Part shown: positions 1 through 9,325 of the stretch, one piece after another | How the letters are laid out: every line of letters starts with the position of its first letter | Position numbering within the stretch: position 1 is the stretch's first letter | Assembly: GCA_965662235.1 (NCBI GenBank) | Contig: CBFIGY010000028.1 | Coordinates: 1-39,885, forward strand | Direction: 5' to 3' | Length of the DNA stretch: 39,885 bases | From: an uncultured bacterium | GTDB taxonomy: Bacteria > SAR324 > NAC60-12 | Made by a program: the position numbers and the translations under genes | The notes under the pieces: generated by a model | The model's database searches: none | The model's input: the letters and a program-made list of their open reading frames with translations, nothing else | Told to the model about the DNA's origin: nothing

Positions 1-2310
1 CGCCAGCAGCTCCACTTCCCGGATCGGTTTGCCGAGGTAGTCTGTTCCTCCCACCTCATACATGGACTCGAGGTCCTCCCGTCGGTTCAGTGCGGACATG
101 AAGAGGATGGGGAGACGGTCCTCTGGAAACGTCTTCCGGATCAACTCACAGGTCTCCAGCCCATCCAGTCCAGGCATCATCACATCCAGCAGCAGCAGAT
201 CCGGAACCGGATGACTGCCTTCCTCTAGGTACTGAACGGCTTCTTCTCCTGTCTGGATGAGCATCACTCCGTACTTCGCACGCTGCAGCATCTCCATGAG
301 GACGTACTGAGAGGTCGGGTCATCTTCGACCACCAGAATCAGTGGCAGCTCGGCATCGTGTCCCATGGGCTCCTCCAGCACCGGAGCGAGCACGGCCTCG
401 GCAGTGGGCAGATCAAAGCTGATCGCCTTCTCACCGGCCCCTCGGGATTCCAGCTGCAACGTGCTTCCATAGTTTGCCAACAGGTCCTGAACCACACTGA
501 GCCCCACCCCCAGCCCCGGAACGGTCGGATGCACCCCTCGCTCAAAGGGCCGAGTGAGGCGCTCCCAGTCGCTGGGCTCAATTGCCGCTCCCGTATCGAT
601 GACCTGAATCCGGATACGGTCCTCTGAAACCGGCTCCACTTCCAAGCGGACGTTTCCCTTTTCCGTGTACTTGATGGCATTTTCCACGAGGTTGAGCAGC
701 ACCTGATGCAACTCAGTGGCATCCCCCCGAACAGGAGGAAGGTCGTTGGGAACCTTCGACATGAGCATAAGGGAACGGGCTGAGGCCTGATGCTCCAGCA
801 GCAGCAGCACCTCTTCCAGCAGACTCTTTAGCTCAAGAGGATCCTGACGAGACCGGCGGACCTCTCCGCCCTCCACCCTGGTCAGCAGGTCATCCACCAT
901 GCGGGCCATCCGCATGCTGCTGTTCTGGATCAGACTCAGCGCCTGTTGCCCCTTCCGGGACAGTGCCCCCTCGCCTTTCACCAGGTTCTCCACCAGTCCG
1001 ACAATGCTGTGAAGCGGGGCCTTCAGCTCATGTGAGGTGTTGGTGAGCAGGCGATTTTTGAAAACGTCCACCTCCTGAAGCTGCTCAATCGCCCGCTGCT
1101 GCGCCTCCAGTCTCTCCTGACGGAGCGCTCGCATCTGATCCGCCAGTCCCCAAGAGAGCAACAGCGCCAGCAGCATCATGCTTCCCATGGACGCACCATC
1201 TCCCTTAAACCCGGAAAACGTTTCGCTCCAGAACGCCAAACTCGTCAGCAGGAATCCGAAAAACGGAGCCAGGGCCGCGGCAAAGAGGTAGCGCGCCGGA
1301 CGGTATCCCTGCCCCATGGTCACGGCTGCCGCCAGCAGCATCAGGAGTGTGCTCACGGTCGCAAACCCAACCCGGAACAGCAGGAATCCCCGCATGCCCT
1401 CCTCACTCAGAAACAGCGGCAGCAGGATCATCAGCGATGCGACCCCCGCCCCGCCCCCCAACAGGAACCAGCCCAGCCGGAAGCGCTCCTTCAGGCGCAG
1501 AAACTCCATGAAGAATAGGTAGGCCATGAGCGAACTCAAGGAGCCCACTGACGCCGACCCTCGTAGCACCCACCACGACAGGTCCTGCTCAAGGTAAAGG
1601 AGAACGTTGGTGCGGGAGAAGTAAACCAGGTGGCTCAGCAGAAACAGGCTGTACAGGAGGTAACTCACCTGCTTCAGCCCCCGGAAGAGGAAGAGGTTGT
1701 ACATGGCCAGCGCCAGGCAGAACCCCCAGTAGAGGCTCACCAGCCACTGACTCTGCGTGTACTCACTGAGAAAGGCTGCCGGAGTCTGTGCCACCAGCGG
1801 GAAGCTGAGCGCATTGACCGAGCGCACCCTCCAGTAAAGCGTCCGCGTTTCTCCCGGCTCCAGCGCCAGCTGAAACACAGGCACGGTGAAGAACATGAAC
1901 CGTTCCGACAGAGGGACAAAGCTCCCGGAACGTTCCTGAAGAGAGGGCTGGTCGGGGAAGGGGAAGAAGACAATGTCGTTGGTGTAGGGCGTGTTGCTGA
2001 CCAGCCAACGCTCCTGCGGGGTTGCTTCCGGATTGTGTACCTCCAACCGGAACCAGTAGGTTGAGGCGGTAAACCCCAAGCGGGCTCCTTCCGGTGTCGG
2101 CTGAAACTGAGCCTGAGCCTCCGGAGCTTGCACCTCCTCTAGGGTCTGAGTGCCCGTAGGGTCTTCGAGAACGGTCAACTCCTCTGTCAAAGACAGCGAC
2201 TCCTTCTCGCTCCTCAGCTCCACCGGAGCTTGTGCCAAGAGCGTGGAGGCGAACAGGATGCCGAGTCCGATCAGCCCCACCCCCTTCTGCACACTCTTCA
2301 AGACTGCCAT
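1..2310 (-). CDS. Hybrid sensor histidine kinase/response regulator with 7TMR-DISM extracellular and 7TM domains (3' end runs off the window)
   Basis: Absent from the ORF track because there is no stop in the window. Manual translation from ATG 2310 gives a signal-like N-terminus, the DISM motif RLGFTASTYWFRLE, hydrophobic TM segments, H-box LTNTSHELKAPL, N-box NAIKYT, G-boxes DTG and GLGVGL, and a receiver domain (LLLLDVMMPGLDG...DYLGKP), all in the same frame. Confidence 0.9.
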   Translation of the reverse strand, partial: MAVLKSVQKGVGLIGLGILFASTLLAQAPVELRSEKESLSLTEELTVLEDPTGTQTLEEVQAPEAQAQFQPTPEGARLGFTASTYWFRLEVHNPEATPQERWLVSNTPYTNDIVFFPFPDQPSLQERSGSFVPLSERFMFFTVPVFQLALEPGETRTLYWRVRSVNALSFPLVAQTPAAFLSEYTQSQWLVSLYWGFCLALAMYNLFLFRGLKQVSYLLYSLFLLSHLVYFSRTNVLLYLEQDLSWWVLRGSASVGSLSSLMAYLFFMEFLRLKERFRLGWFLLGGGAGVASLMILLPLFLSEEGMRGFLLFRVGFATVSTLLMLLAAAVTMGQGYRPARYLFAAALAPFFGFLLTSLAFWSETFSGFKGDGASMGSMMLLALLLSWGLADQMRALRQERLEAQQRAIEQLQEVDVFKNRLLTNTSHELKAPLHSIVGLVENLVKGEGALSRKGQQALSLIQNSSMRMARMVDDLLTRVEGGEVRRSRQDPLELKSLLEEVLLLLEHQASARSLMLMSKVPNDLPPVRGDATELHQVLLNLVENAIKYTEKGNVRLEVEPVSEDRIRIQVIDTGAAIEPSDWERLTRPFERGVHPTVPGLGVGLSVVQDLLANYGSTLQLESRGAGEKAISFDLPTAEAVLAPVLEEPMGHDAELPLILVVEDDPTSQYVLMEMLQRAKYGVMLIQTGEEAVQYLEEGSHPVPDLLLLDVMMPGLDGLETCELIRKTFPEDRLPILFMSALNRREDLESMYEVGGTDYLGKPIREVELLA

Positions 2311-2434
2311 TTCTATGAAAAAATGTGTTTTCTGAGAAGGCTTGGTTGCCTTTTGGTTTTGTCCGGTTACCTCCGATTTCATTATTGACCAAACCCCGCT
2401 TCTTCTCAAGAAGGAGAAGACAGAACCATTGGAC

Positions 2435-2477
2435 TTGACATCACGCCTCCGTTTCTTCATTTTGTATTCTGAATACA
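2435..2477 (+). promoter_or_regulatory. Sigma70-like promoter (TTGACA) with palindromic GntR-type operator TGTATTC-T-GAATACA
   Basis: TTGACA at 2435-2440 and a perfect inverted repeat at 2463-2477, just upstream of the GntR gene. Confidence 0.6.
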
Positions 2478-2495
2478 GAATTCGGAGTTCAAAGA

Positions 2496-3191
2496 ATGAA
2501 AATCTTAAAACCTCAATCCAGCCTGGCGGATCAGGTGTATGAGGTCATTGTTGATGAAATCTGTGAAGGCGCGCTTCCTGCGGGCTCTCACCTCGTTCAG
2601 GAGCAGCTGGCGGAACGCTTGGGCGTCTCCCGTCAGCCGGTGCAGCAGGCGATGACGTTGCTGAAAGCAGACGGCATGGTGGAGGAAGTGGGGAAACGCG
2701 GCCTTTGGGTCACCCCGCTGGATGCTGACCTGATGCGGCACCACTACGAGGTCCGGGCGGCGCTGGATGGTCTCGCGGCGCGCATGGCCGCTCAGCGTTT
2801 GGCTCAGGCACCCGAGCTGAAGCGCTCATTTTCGGGACGTGCCCGCGACCTCCTGGAGCGCGGAGCGCAGGCCGGGGAGAGTCATGATGTCGCCGAGCAG
2901 GTTCGCCTAGACATGGAGCTGCACGGACTGATTTACGAAACCTCTGGCAATCCGTTGCTGTCGCACACCGCCGAATCGCACTGGCGGTTCCTGCGTCGCG
3001 CGATGGGAGAGTTCCTCCGTCAGGCGCAGCTCCCTCGTGAGATCTGGCGGCAGCATGCTGAAATTGTGGAGGCCATTGCCTCCGGAGATGAACACCGGGC
3101 GGAGCAGCTCATTGTGGAGCATGACTTGGGCGCGGCTCAGACGCTACAGACGGCGCTTGAGGCCTCGGCAACAGAGCCGGCTTCGACCTGA
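2496..3191 (+). CDS. GntR (FadR/FCD subfamily) transcriptional regulator
   Basis: wHTH SLADQVYEVI...LAERLGVSRQPV; FCD domain DMELHGLIYETSGNPLL...QHAEIVEAIASGD. Confidence 0.93.
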   Translation: MKILKPQSSLADQVYEVIVDEICEGALPAGSHLVQEQLAERLGVSRQPVQQAMTLLKADGMVEEVGKRGLWVTPLDADLMRHHYEVRAALDGLAARMAAQRLAQAPELKRSFSGRARDLLERGAQAGESHDVAEQVRLDMELHGLIYETSGNPLLSHTAESHWRFLRRAMGEFLRQAQLPREIWRQHAEIVEAIASGDEHRAEQLIVEHDLGAAQTLQTALEASATEPAST

Positions 3192-3324
3192 AGACTGAGC
3201 GAGGTCCTCGCTCGTATCGGCCCCAACCGCCCTTCTTCTGGAGGTGAACGGCTGGTCTGGCCTTGACCGGAGCCTGCTGGCCCAGTGCCTCAGGCTCCTT
3301 CCTCTTTTCCCGTGGAGAACCAAC

Positions 3325-3960
3325 ATGAAGCTGTACGCTGATCCCATCACCGTCAACTGCCGCAAGGTCATTGCCGGACTCAAGTTCATGGAAGTGCCCT
3401 ATGAGCTGGCTTACGTCGATTACTTCAAGGCGGAGCAGAAGTCAGAAGAGTACCTGAAGATCAACCCGAACTCGGCCTTGCCGGCGCTGGTGGATGGAGA
3501 CTTTGTGCTCTGGGAGTCCAACAGCATCCTGCAGTACGCCGCAGACAAGTTTGGCAAGTCCAGCGCCTACCCAACGGACCTTCAGACTCGGGCTGACATC
3601 AACCGTTGGCTGCTGTGGGAGGCCTCAGCGTGGTTCCCCTCCTGCTACGTCTACCTTGTGGAAAACTGCGTCAAGCCGGTTCTGAATGCGGAACCCGACC
3701 AGAGTGTGCTGGAGGGTGAAGCTGAGAACTTCCACAAGCTCGCTGGCATTTTGGATGAGCGGCTTTCTCAAAACGAGTGGATTGCCGGCAGCACCCCCAC
3801 CCTGGCTGACATTGTCTGCGCGGCCCCCATGCACCTGCACTGGTGGCAGAAACTCCCCCTCGATCCACATCCGAACCTGAAGCGCTGGATGACGGAGAAG
3901 GTGGAAGAGCTGCCCATTTGGAAAGAAACCCGCGTCTCAGAAGGCTTCACCCTCTCCTGA
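3325..3960 (+). CDS. Glutathione S-transferase family protein
   Basis: MKLYADPITVNCRKV, KINPNSALPALVDGDFVLWESNSILQY and TLADI motifs; GGAG RBS upstream of ATG 3325. Confidence 0.92.
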   Translation: MKLYADPITVNCRKVIAGLKFMEVPYELAYVDYFKAEQKSEEYLKINPNSALPALVDGDFVLWESNSILQYAADKFGKSSAYPTDLQTRADINRWLLWEASAWFPSCYVYLVENCVKPVLNAEPDQSVLEGEAENFHKLAGILDERLSQNEWIAGSTPTLADIVCAAPMHLHWWQKLPLDPHPNLKRWMTEKVEELPIWKETRVSEGFTLS

Positions 3961-4013
3961 AACCGGGCATTGCCCCTTTAACCCTGGACAAAGTCTTTCT
4001 CCTTGAGGCCTCC

Positions 4014-4862
4014 ATGCAAACACCCCTCACCGAACTTCCTGCAGTCACCGCAGAAGTCAACTACACGGTCGATAACGGCAAAGCGCCCAGCTACTACTTT
4101 TATCAGCCGGAAGGCGATGTGGAAATGAACCCTCCGGGCACCGACGCCCGGGAGGTCCTCATTCAGAATGGGTGGCCTCAACGGGACCAGTTCACCGTTG
4201 ATGGAGCCGGGTTTGAGCTTCATGACTTTACGGGAGACTTCCGCGCCTTCGACGATGAGCAGAAGATTCTCAGCGAGTTCTACGCGCAGGTGATCGACTT
4301 TGTCCAGCAGCACACCGGCGCCAAGCGGGTGATCGTCTTTGATCACACCGTGAGGCGACGGATGTCCAATGAGCAGATGGAGAGCAATGTTCAGGACGAG
4401 AACTCCGTCGTCAACCGTCCCGCGGTCCTCCTGGTCCACAGCGACTACACCCCACACTCCGGGCCCAAGCGGGTTCAGGATATCCTTCCGGAGGAGGCTG
4501 ACACGCTGCTCCAGAACCGAGTCGCCTTCTACAACGTTTGGAAGCCGCTTTACGAGACCGTTGAGGAGTTGCCTCTGGCCATGTGTGATGCCCGGACCTC
4601 AACAGAAGAGGACTTCATCACCATGAACCTCATGTACCGTGAACGCACCGGAGAGATCTACGTCATGCGCCACGCGGATCGCCACCAGTGGTACTACTTC
4701 CCCCGCATTGAGCCCCACCAAGCGATCCTGCTCAAGACCTACGACTCCGAAACCGACGGGCGTGCCCGCTTCACGGGACACAGCGCTTTTGAAGACCCCA
4801 CCACTCCTGCGCAACACAAGAAGCGCGAAAGCATTGAGGTCCGGACCATGGCCTTTTTCTGA
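4014..4862 (+). CDS. CmcJ/NvfI (AsaB-like) family non-heme iron oxidoreductase
   Basis: GFEL, VFDHTVR, VHSDYT (HxD), FYNVWKPL, PLAMCDA, WYYFP, LKTYDS, GHSAF and RESIEVR are the conserved blocks of this family. Confidence 0.85.
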   Translation: MQTPLTELPAVTAEVNYTVDNGKAPSYYFYQPEGDVEMNPPGTDAREVLIQNGWPQRDQFTVDGAGFELHDFTGDFRAFDDEQKILSEFYAQVIDFVQQHTGAKRVIVFDHTVRRRMSNEQMESNVQDENSVVNRPAVLLVHSDYTPHSGPKRVQDILPEEADTLLQNRVAFYNVWKPLYETVEELPLAMCDARTSTEEDFITMNLMYRERTGEIYVMRHADRHQWYYFPRIEPHQAILLKTYDSETDGRARFTGHSAFEDPTTPAQHKKRESIEVRTMAFF

Positions 4863-4874
4863 GCCCTGCCCCGC

Positions 4875-4899
4875 TGTCAGGAGTCATGGGCTCCTGACA
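4875..4899. terminator. Stem-loop between the convergent oxygenase gene and tRNA-Met
   Basis: TGTCAGGAG-N7-CTCCTGACA perfect 9-bp stem; no clear U-tract. Confidence 0.4.
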
Positions 4900-5050
4900 A
4901 CCCGCCCTTGCCCCCCAAACACGGGAGCCCAGCCAGAGAACGGATTTCTCTCGTGCCAAGAGAGGAGTCGTACAGAAATTTTAGGGGGGAACGTAAACGG
5001 AAGCGCCGGAGCGCTCAGACGCGTCGCAGGGACGCCAAGGAGGACGGTTT

Positions 5051-5127
5051 TGGTAGCAGGGGAGAGATTTGAACTCTCGACCTCGGGGTTATGAATCCCG
5101 CGCTCTCACCAACTGAGCTACCCTGCC
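5051..5127 (-). tRNA. tRNA-Met (CAT), probably elongator
   Basis: Reverse complement GGCAGGGTAGCTCAGTTGGTGAGAGCGCGGGATTCATAACCCCGAGGTCGAGAGTTCAAATCTCTCCCCTGCTACCA folds as a cloverleaf with CAT anticodon and encoded CCA. Ile2 identity is not excluded. Confidence 0.93.
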
Positions 5128-5157
5128 AAGCAAACCGTTAATTATGGGGATCTTGCG

Positions 5158-5622
5158 TCATTTCGCAAGCACTTTTTCACCGATCGGCGCGTCTCGCAGC
5201 GCTTGGGCCCGTTCAATGACCCGGATGGTCTCCGACCACAGCCCCAGCGGGCTCAGGTCCGTCAGCGGAATCCATTCGGCGTGCTGGGCATCGTCCGCAG
5301 CCTCAGGAGTTCCTGAGGCCCACTCCGCCCAAAAATCCACCAACGTGTAGTGGAAACGAGGAGTGCCCTCGGCGTCTCGTGTGATGGAGTCGATGACTTC
5401 CAGAAACTGCAGCCCCTGCACCTCGATTCCGGTTTCTTCACGAACCTCACGCAGCGCGGTCTCCCGGACCGTTTCGCCCACCTGCTGAGCGCCTCCGGGC
5501 AGACTCCATTCGCCTTGACGCGGAGGGCGCCCCCTCCGGATCAGCAGAACCGATGCTTCCTTCAGCACTACCACCCCCACGCCCACAAAGGGACGGCTGG
5601 GGTACTCACGCGATTCACCCAT
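5158..5622 (-). CDS. NUDIX hydrolase (ADP-ribose pyrophosphatase-like)
   Basis: Nudix box WSLPGGAQQVGETVRETALREVREETG; REYPSRPFVGVG N-terminus. Confidence 0.9.
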   Translation of the reverse strand: MGESREYPSRPFVGVGVVVLKEASVLLIRRGRPPRQGEWSLPGGAQQVGETVRETALREVREETGIEVQGLQFLEVIDSITRDAEGTPRFHYTLVDFWAEWASGTPEAADDAQHAEWIPLTDLSPLGLWSETIRVIERAQALRDAPIGEKVLAK

Positions 5623-5713
5623 AAATTGCAATTTAAGTTGCTATTCTAGCAGAATTACCTACACTGAATCGTGTACGCTCTTTCCTCAAACCGCTCTCAC
5701 CGCAAGGAGCCTC

Positions 5714-5929
5714 ATGGCCTTCCCGGGACTTCCCGCAACAGATGAAGCCCAACGCGAGCAGGTGCTGAATGACCTCACGGCCATTCAACTTCTGACCGAG
5801 TACCTCGAGTGTCCGGGCTTGAGTCGCAGCCAACAGCAGCGCTGCCTCCAGGCCATCCGAGAGCGTGTTCACGTTCTGGCGCAGAGGGCTCAGCCTTCCT
5901 CTTCCAGGGTCTGCAGCAGCCCCGCGTAA
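5714..5929 (+). CDS. Small hypothetical protein (71 aa), degenerate HisKA/DHp-like helical hairpin
   Basis: AAGGAG RBS 4 nt before the ATG; lies downstream of an AT-rich divergent intergenic region; 3' end overlaps the convergent ABC gene by 40 nt. Confidence 0.5.
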   Translation: MAFPGLPATDEAQREQVLNDLTAIQLLTEYLECPGLSRSQQQRCLQAIRERVHVLAQRAQPSSSRVCSSPA

Positions 5930-7710
5930 ACCCCATTGAGCGCGACCAACGCATCATGGGTCCCGCGCTCCACCACCTCTCCTGCTTGCATCACTAGGAT
6001 CTCACTGGAGTGCCGGATGGTGCTCAGGCGGTGCGCAATCGCGATCACCGTTTTGTCCTGAAAGATGCGCTCAATGGCCCGCTGAATCAGGTTCTCTGTC
6101 ACAGAATCCACAGAGCTGGTCGCCTCATCCAAGACGATCAGGTCGCTCTGAGCCGCAATGGCCCGAGCAAACACCACCAGCCGCGATTCTCCTGCCGAGA
6201 GGTTCTTGCCGTTCTCCAGCAAACCGTAGTCGTAGGTGCCAGGCAGCCGCTCAATGAACTCATTCGCATAAACGTACTGTGCCGCCGCCTGAACCGCCTC
6301 CGGGGTCACCTCGGGACGCCCCAGAGCAATGTTGAAGGCAATGGACTCTTCAAAGAGGTAAGTGTCCTGCTGCATCATCGCCACCAGCCGATTGAGCGCA
6401 CGCCGCGGAATGTCCGAAAGCTCCACACCATTCAACCGCACTGAGCCCTCATAAGCGCCATACATCCGGGTCAGGATCCGCACAATGGTGGACTTCCCGG
6501 ACCCCGTGGTGCCGACAATTGCCAAGCGATCGCCCTTCTTAACCTGGAAGGAAACGCCCTTGAGGACCCAAGGACCACTGGGGTCGTAGCGGAAGCGGAC
6601 GTTCCGGAATTCAAGGGACTGGAAGGTCGCAAAGCGTTCGTCCTGAGCCGGAAGGGCTTCTGCGACCGTTTCTTCCGGAGTTTCCCGGAAGAGCGCGTCA
6701 ATGTTTTCCAATGACGACAAGGAGCGCTGGAAGACGGAGATCTGCTGAGTGAACTCCCGGATTGGGACAAAAATTCGGTGAAGGGTATTGATGAAGCCAA
6801 CCAGGGTTCCGATGCTGACCACTCCAGCCAAAATCTGACCAGAGCCGTACCAGAGCATGAACGCCAGAGCCACCGAGGTGATTCCTTCAATGACACTGAA
6901 GAGGGCCGCGTCGTAAAAATTCGACCCCGACTGAGCCTTGAAGAAACGTCGGGTTTTGGCTTCATACCGGGCCTGGACCTTCAGCTCAGCGGCATAGAGC
7001 TGCACGGTCTTTACGCCGTTGAGGCACTCCTGCAGGTACCCTGTGGATTCTGCAAGCGCTTCCCGTGTCAGGTTGTAGTAGTGACGCAGCCGGGCCCGGA
7101 GGAAGTTGCTCACCAGGTAAATGGGGGGCAGAATGAGCAGCACCACCAAGGTGAGCTTCCAGCTGATGCTGAAGAGGAGGATCAGCAGCGCCGTGGTCTT
7201 GATGGCGTCGGTAAAAATGGAAAGGACCCCCACCGCCAGGGACTCGTTGAGGGCCTCCATGTCGCTGGTGATGCGCGTCAGGATGACCCCAACCGGGCGT
7301 TTGTCAAAAAAGGACCGAGGCATCGAGAGCACGTGCTGGTACAGCTCACTCCGCATGGAACTGATGCCGAGCTGCCCGGCCCGCTGCAGGGAAAAGGTGT
7401 ACAGCGAGTCTGCTAGGTACCCTCCGAAGATCGCTCCTCCCAGCAGGCTTGACATCCACAGCAGCCCCTCCAGGTCCTGTGGCACAATCGTGTCGTCAAT
7501 GATGCGGATGATCAGCCAAGGAATCAGGAGGGTGGCCGCGACTCCAAACGGAATGGAGCCCAGCCCCAGGGCAATCCACCTCCAGTGAGGCTTGAGGTAG
7601 ATCAGGTAACGCTGCAGCAGTTGCCAGTCCGTCACCTGCTTGGAAGAAGGAGCGGCTCCAGCCTCTTGAGCCGGAGCCTTTTGCGTCAGGGTTCCGGGTG
7701 CGGAAGCCAT
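5890..7710 (-). CDS. ABC exporter, fused permease/ATPase (MsbA/MdlB-like)
   Basis: TM N-terminal half; Walker A GTTGSGKST, signature LSAGE, Walker B IVLDEATSS, H-loop IAHRLSTI. Confidence 0.93.
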   Translation of the reverse strand: MASAPGTLTQKAPAQEAGAAPSSKQVTDWQLLQRYLIYLKPHWRWIALGLGSIPFGVAATLLIPWLIIRIIDDTIVPQDLEGLLWMSSLLGGAIFGGYLADSLYTFSLQRAGQLGISSMRSELYQHVLSMPRSFFDKRPVGVILTRITSDMEALNESLAVGVLSIFTDAIKTTALLILLFSISWKLTLVVLLILPPIYLVSNFLRARLRHYYNLTREALAESTGYLQECLNGVKTVQLYAAELKVQARYEAKTRRFFKAQSGSNFYDAALFSVIEGITSVALAFMLWYGSGQILAGVVSIGTLVGFINTLHRIFVPIREFTQQISVFQRSLSSLENIDALFRETPEETVAEALPAQDERFATFQSLEFRNVRFRYDPSGPWVLKGVSFQVKKGDRLAIVGTTGSGKSTIVRILTRMYGAYEGSVRLNGVELSDIPRRALNRLVAMMQQDTYLFEESIAFNIALGRPEVTPEAVQAAAQYVYANEFIERLPGTYDYGLLENGKNLSAGESRLVVFARAIAAQSDLIVLDEATSSVDSVTENLIQRAIERIFQDKTVIAIAHRLSTIRHSSEILVMQAGEVVERGTHDALVALNGVYAGLLQTLEEEG

Positions 7711-8993
7711 CAGCCGCGGACCTGTTGCAGGCGTTGCTCCACAGCGGCCAGCTGCACGCAGTTGACAAACACCTGCATGGCCTGATCCAGCTCTTCCAGC
7801 TCCGGAAAGGAGGGCGCCAGGCGGATGTTGGAGTCGTTCGGGTCCTTGCCATAAGGAAAGGTTGCTCCTGCCGGAGTCAACTTCACACCAGCCTCAGCCG
7901 CCAGTTGCACAATCCGCTTGGCGGTGCCAGCCGGAGCATCAAAGCTCACAAAGTACCCACCTTCCGGACGGCTCCAGCTGCCCATCTCCAGCCCTTCCAG
8001 AACGCTGAGGTGCTTCTGCACGCTCTCGAACTTGGGACGGAGGATGGCTGCGTGCTTCTTCATGTGATCCTTCAGGCCATTGAAGTCCTTAAAGAACTTC
8101 ATGTGCCGCTGCTGGTTCACCTTGTTCGGACCAATGGCCATGATGCTGAAGCGCTTCTTGAAGTGATCAAGGTTGTGCTTGGAGGCGCCGAGGAAGCTCA
8201 TGCCGGCACCGGCATAGCTGATCTTGGACGTTGACGCGACCTGAATGACCGAATCCTCGGTTCCATGATGGCGGCAGCGCTCCATGATGTTCGAGAGCAC
8301 AGGAGGGGAGTCCTGCAGGTCATGGACGGCATAGGCGTTGTCCCAGATGACCCGGAAGTGAGCGCCGGCGATCTTTCCCAGAGCCGCAATGCGGTCCACG
8401 GTTTCATCGGAGTAAACGTGTCCGGTCGGGTTGGAGTACTTCGGCACACACCACATGCCCTTGATGCTCGGGTCCTTGCTGACCAACTCCTCAACCTGAT
8501 CCATGTCGGGACCCTCCTCATTGAGGGACACATTGATCATCTCAATGCCCAGCTCCTCACAGATGGAGAAGTGCCGGTCGTACCCTGGCACCACCGCTAG
8601 GAACTTCACGTCTCCCTCGTCTCGCCAAGCCGTTCCCTTGCCCATCGGCCCCATGGTGAAGGCCCAGCTGAGGTAGAGGTACATGAGCGAGAGGCTCGTG
8701 TGGTCACCGGCGATCACCTCAGAGGGGTGCACGCCCAGCAAGGCAGCGCCCAGCTTCCGGGCAGAGGGAATGCCCTCTAGGCCACCGTAGTTCCGCAGAT
8801 CGGTGCCATCGTCCAGGAACAGGTCCTCCCGGGTCAGCCCTTCCAGCCCATCGGCCAGGTCCAGCTGAGCCGTTGCCGGCTTGCCGCGAGTGACGTCCAG
8901 CTTCAGTCCTGCGCTACGGAAGGCTTCATGCTGGCTGGTTAACGTACGCGCCTGGGCGATCAATTCCGACTCATTCATCTCACTCAGTTTCAC
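7710..8993 (-). CDS. PLP-dependent aminotransferase, Rv3722c/Corynebacterium AspAT-like (class Ic)
   Basis: LDVTRGKP, DLRNYGGLEGI, PGYDRHF, VPKYSNPTG, WDNAY, STSKI (PLP Lys), NIRLAPS; GTG start at 8993 with GGAG RBS. Confidence 0.88.
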   Translation of the reverse strand: MKLSEMNESELIAQARTLTSQHEAFRSAGLKLDVTRGKPATAQLDLADGLEGLTREDLFLDDGTDLRNYGGLEGIPSARKLGAALLGVHPSEVIAGDHTSLSLMYLYLSWAFTMGPMGKGTAWRDEGDVKFLAVVPGYDRHFSICEELGIEMINVSLNEEGPDMDQVEELVSKDPSIKGMWCVPKYSNPTGHVYSDETVDRIAALGKIAGAHFRVIWDNAYAVHDLQDSPPVLSNIMERCRHHGTEDSVIQVASTSKISYAGAGMSFLGASKHNLDHFKKRFSIMAIGPNKVNQQRHMKFFKDFNGLKDHMKKHAAILRPKFESVQKHLSVLEGLEMGSWSRPEGGYFVSFDAPAGTAKRIVQLAAEAGVKLTPAGATFPYGKDPNDSNIRLAPSFPELEELDQAMQVFVNCVQLAAVEQRLQQVRG

Positions 8994-9325
8994 GATGCTC
9001 CATCTACCATGCTTGAGGGTTGGGGGATTTGCTTGAAAGCGAACCAAATCAGTCTAGGTTTTCCCCACAACAACGCAAACGGAATTCCCAGCCTCCACCG
9101 GTGACACGACTCCTCGGAAATCCCGGTTCCTGTCCCTCGACCGCAGAAAAACTTACGTCTTGTCCCACAATCAGGCACGATACTCCCGCAAGCCGTCGCC
9201 GGGAACAAGAGGTGCCGGTTTCACCAGTGATTCACTTTTTAAGGAACTCCTCAGAGTTTTCCACATTATTTTCCCCGACCTGTCCAAAGGTGGGGACCCC
9301 TATCACCCTCACGGCTCGGAACTAT

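Noticed and set aside
4863..5127. tRNA-Met as integration site of a genomic island to its left
   Set aside because: No integrase and no duplicated tRNA 3' end were seen in the window; flanking genes share the host sequence signature.
9020..9325. 100-aa N-terminal extension of Rpe
   Set aside because: This is the divergent promoter region; Rpe homology starts at ATG 9326.
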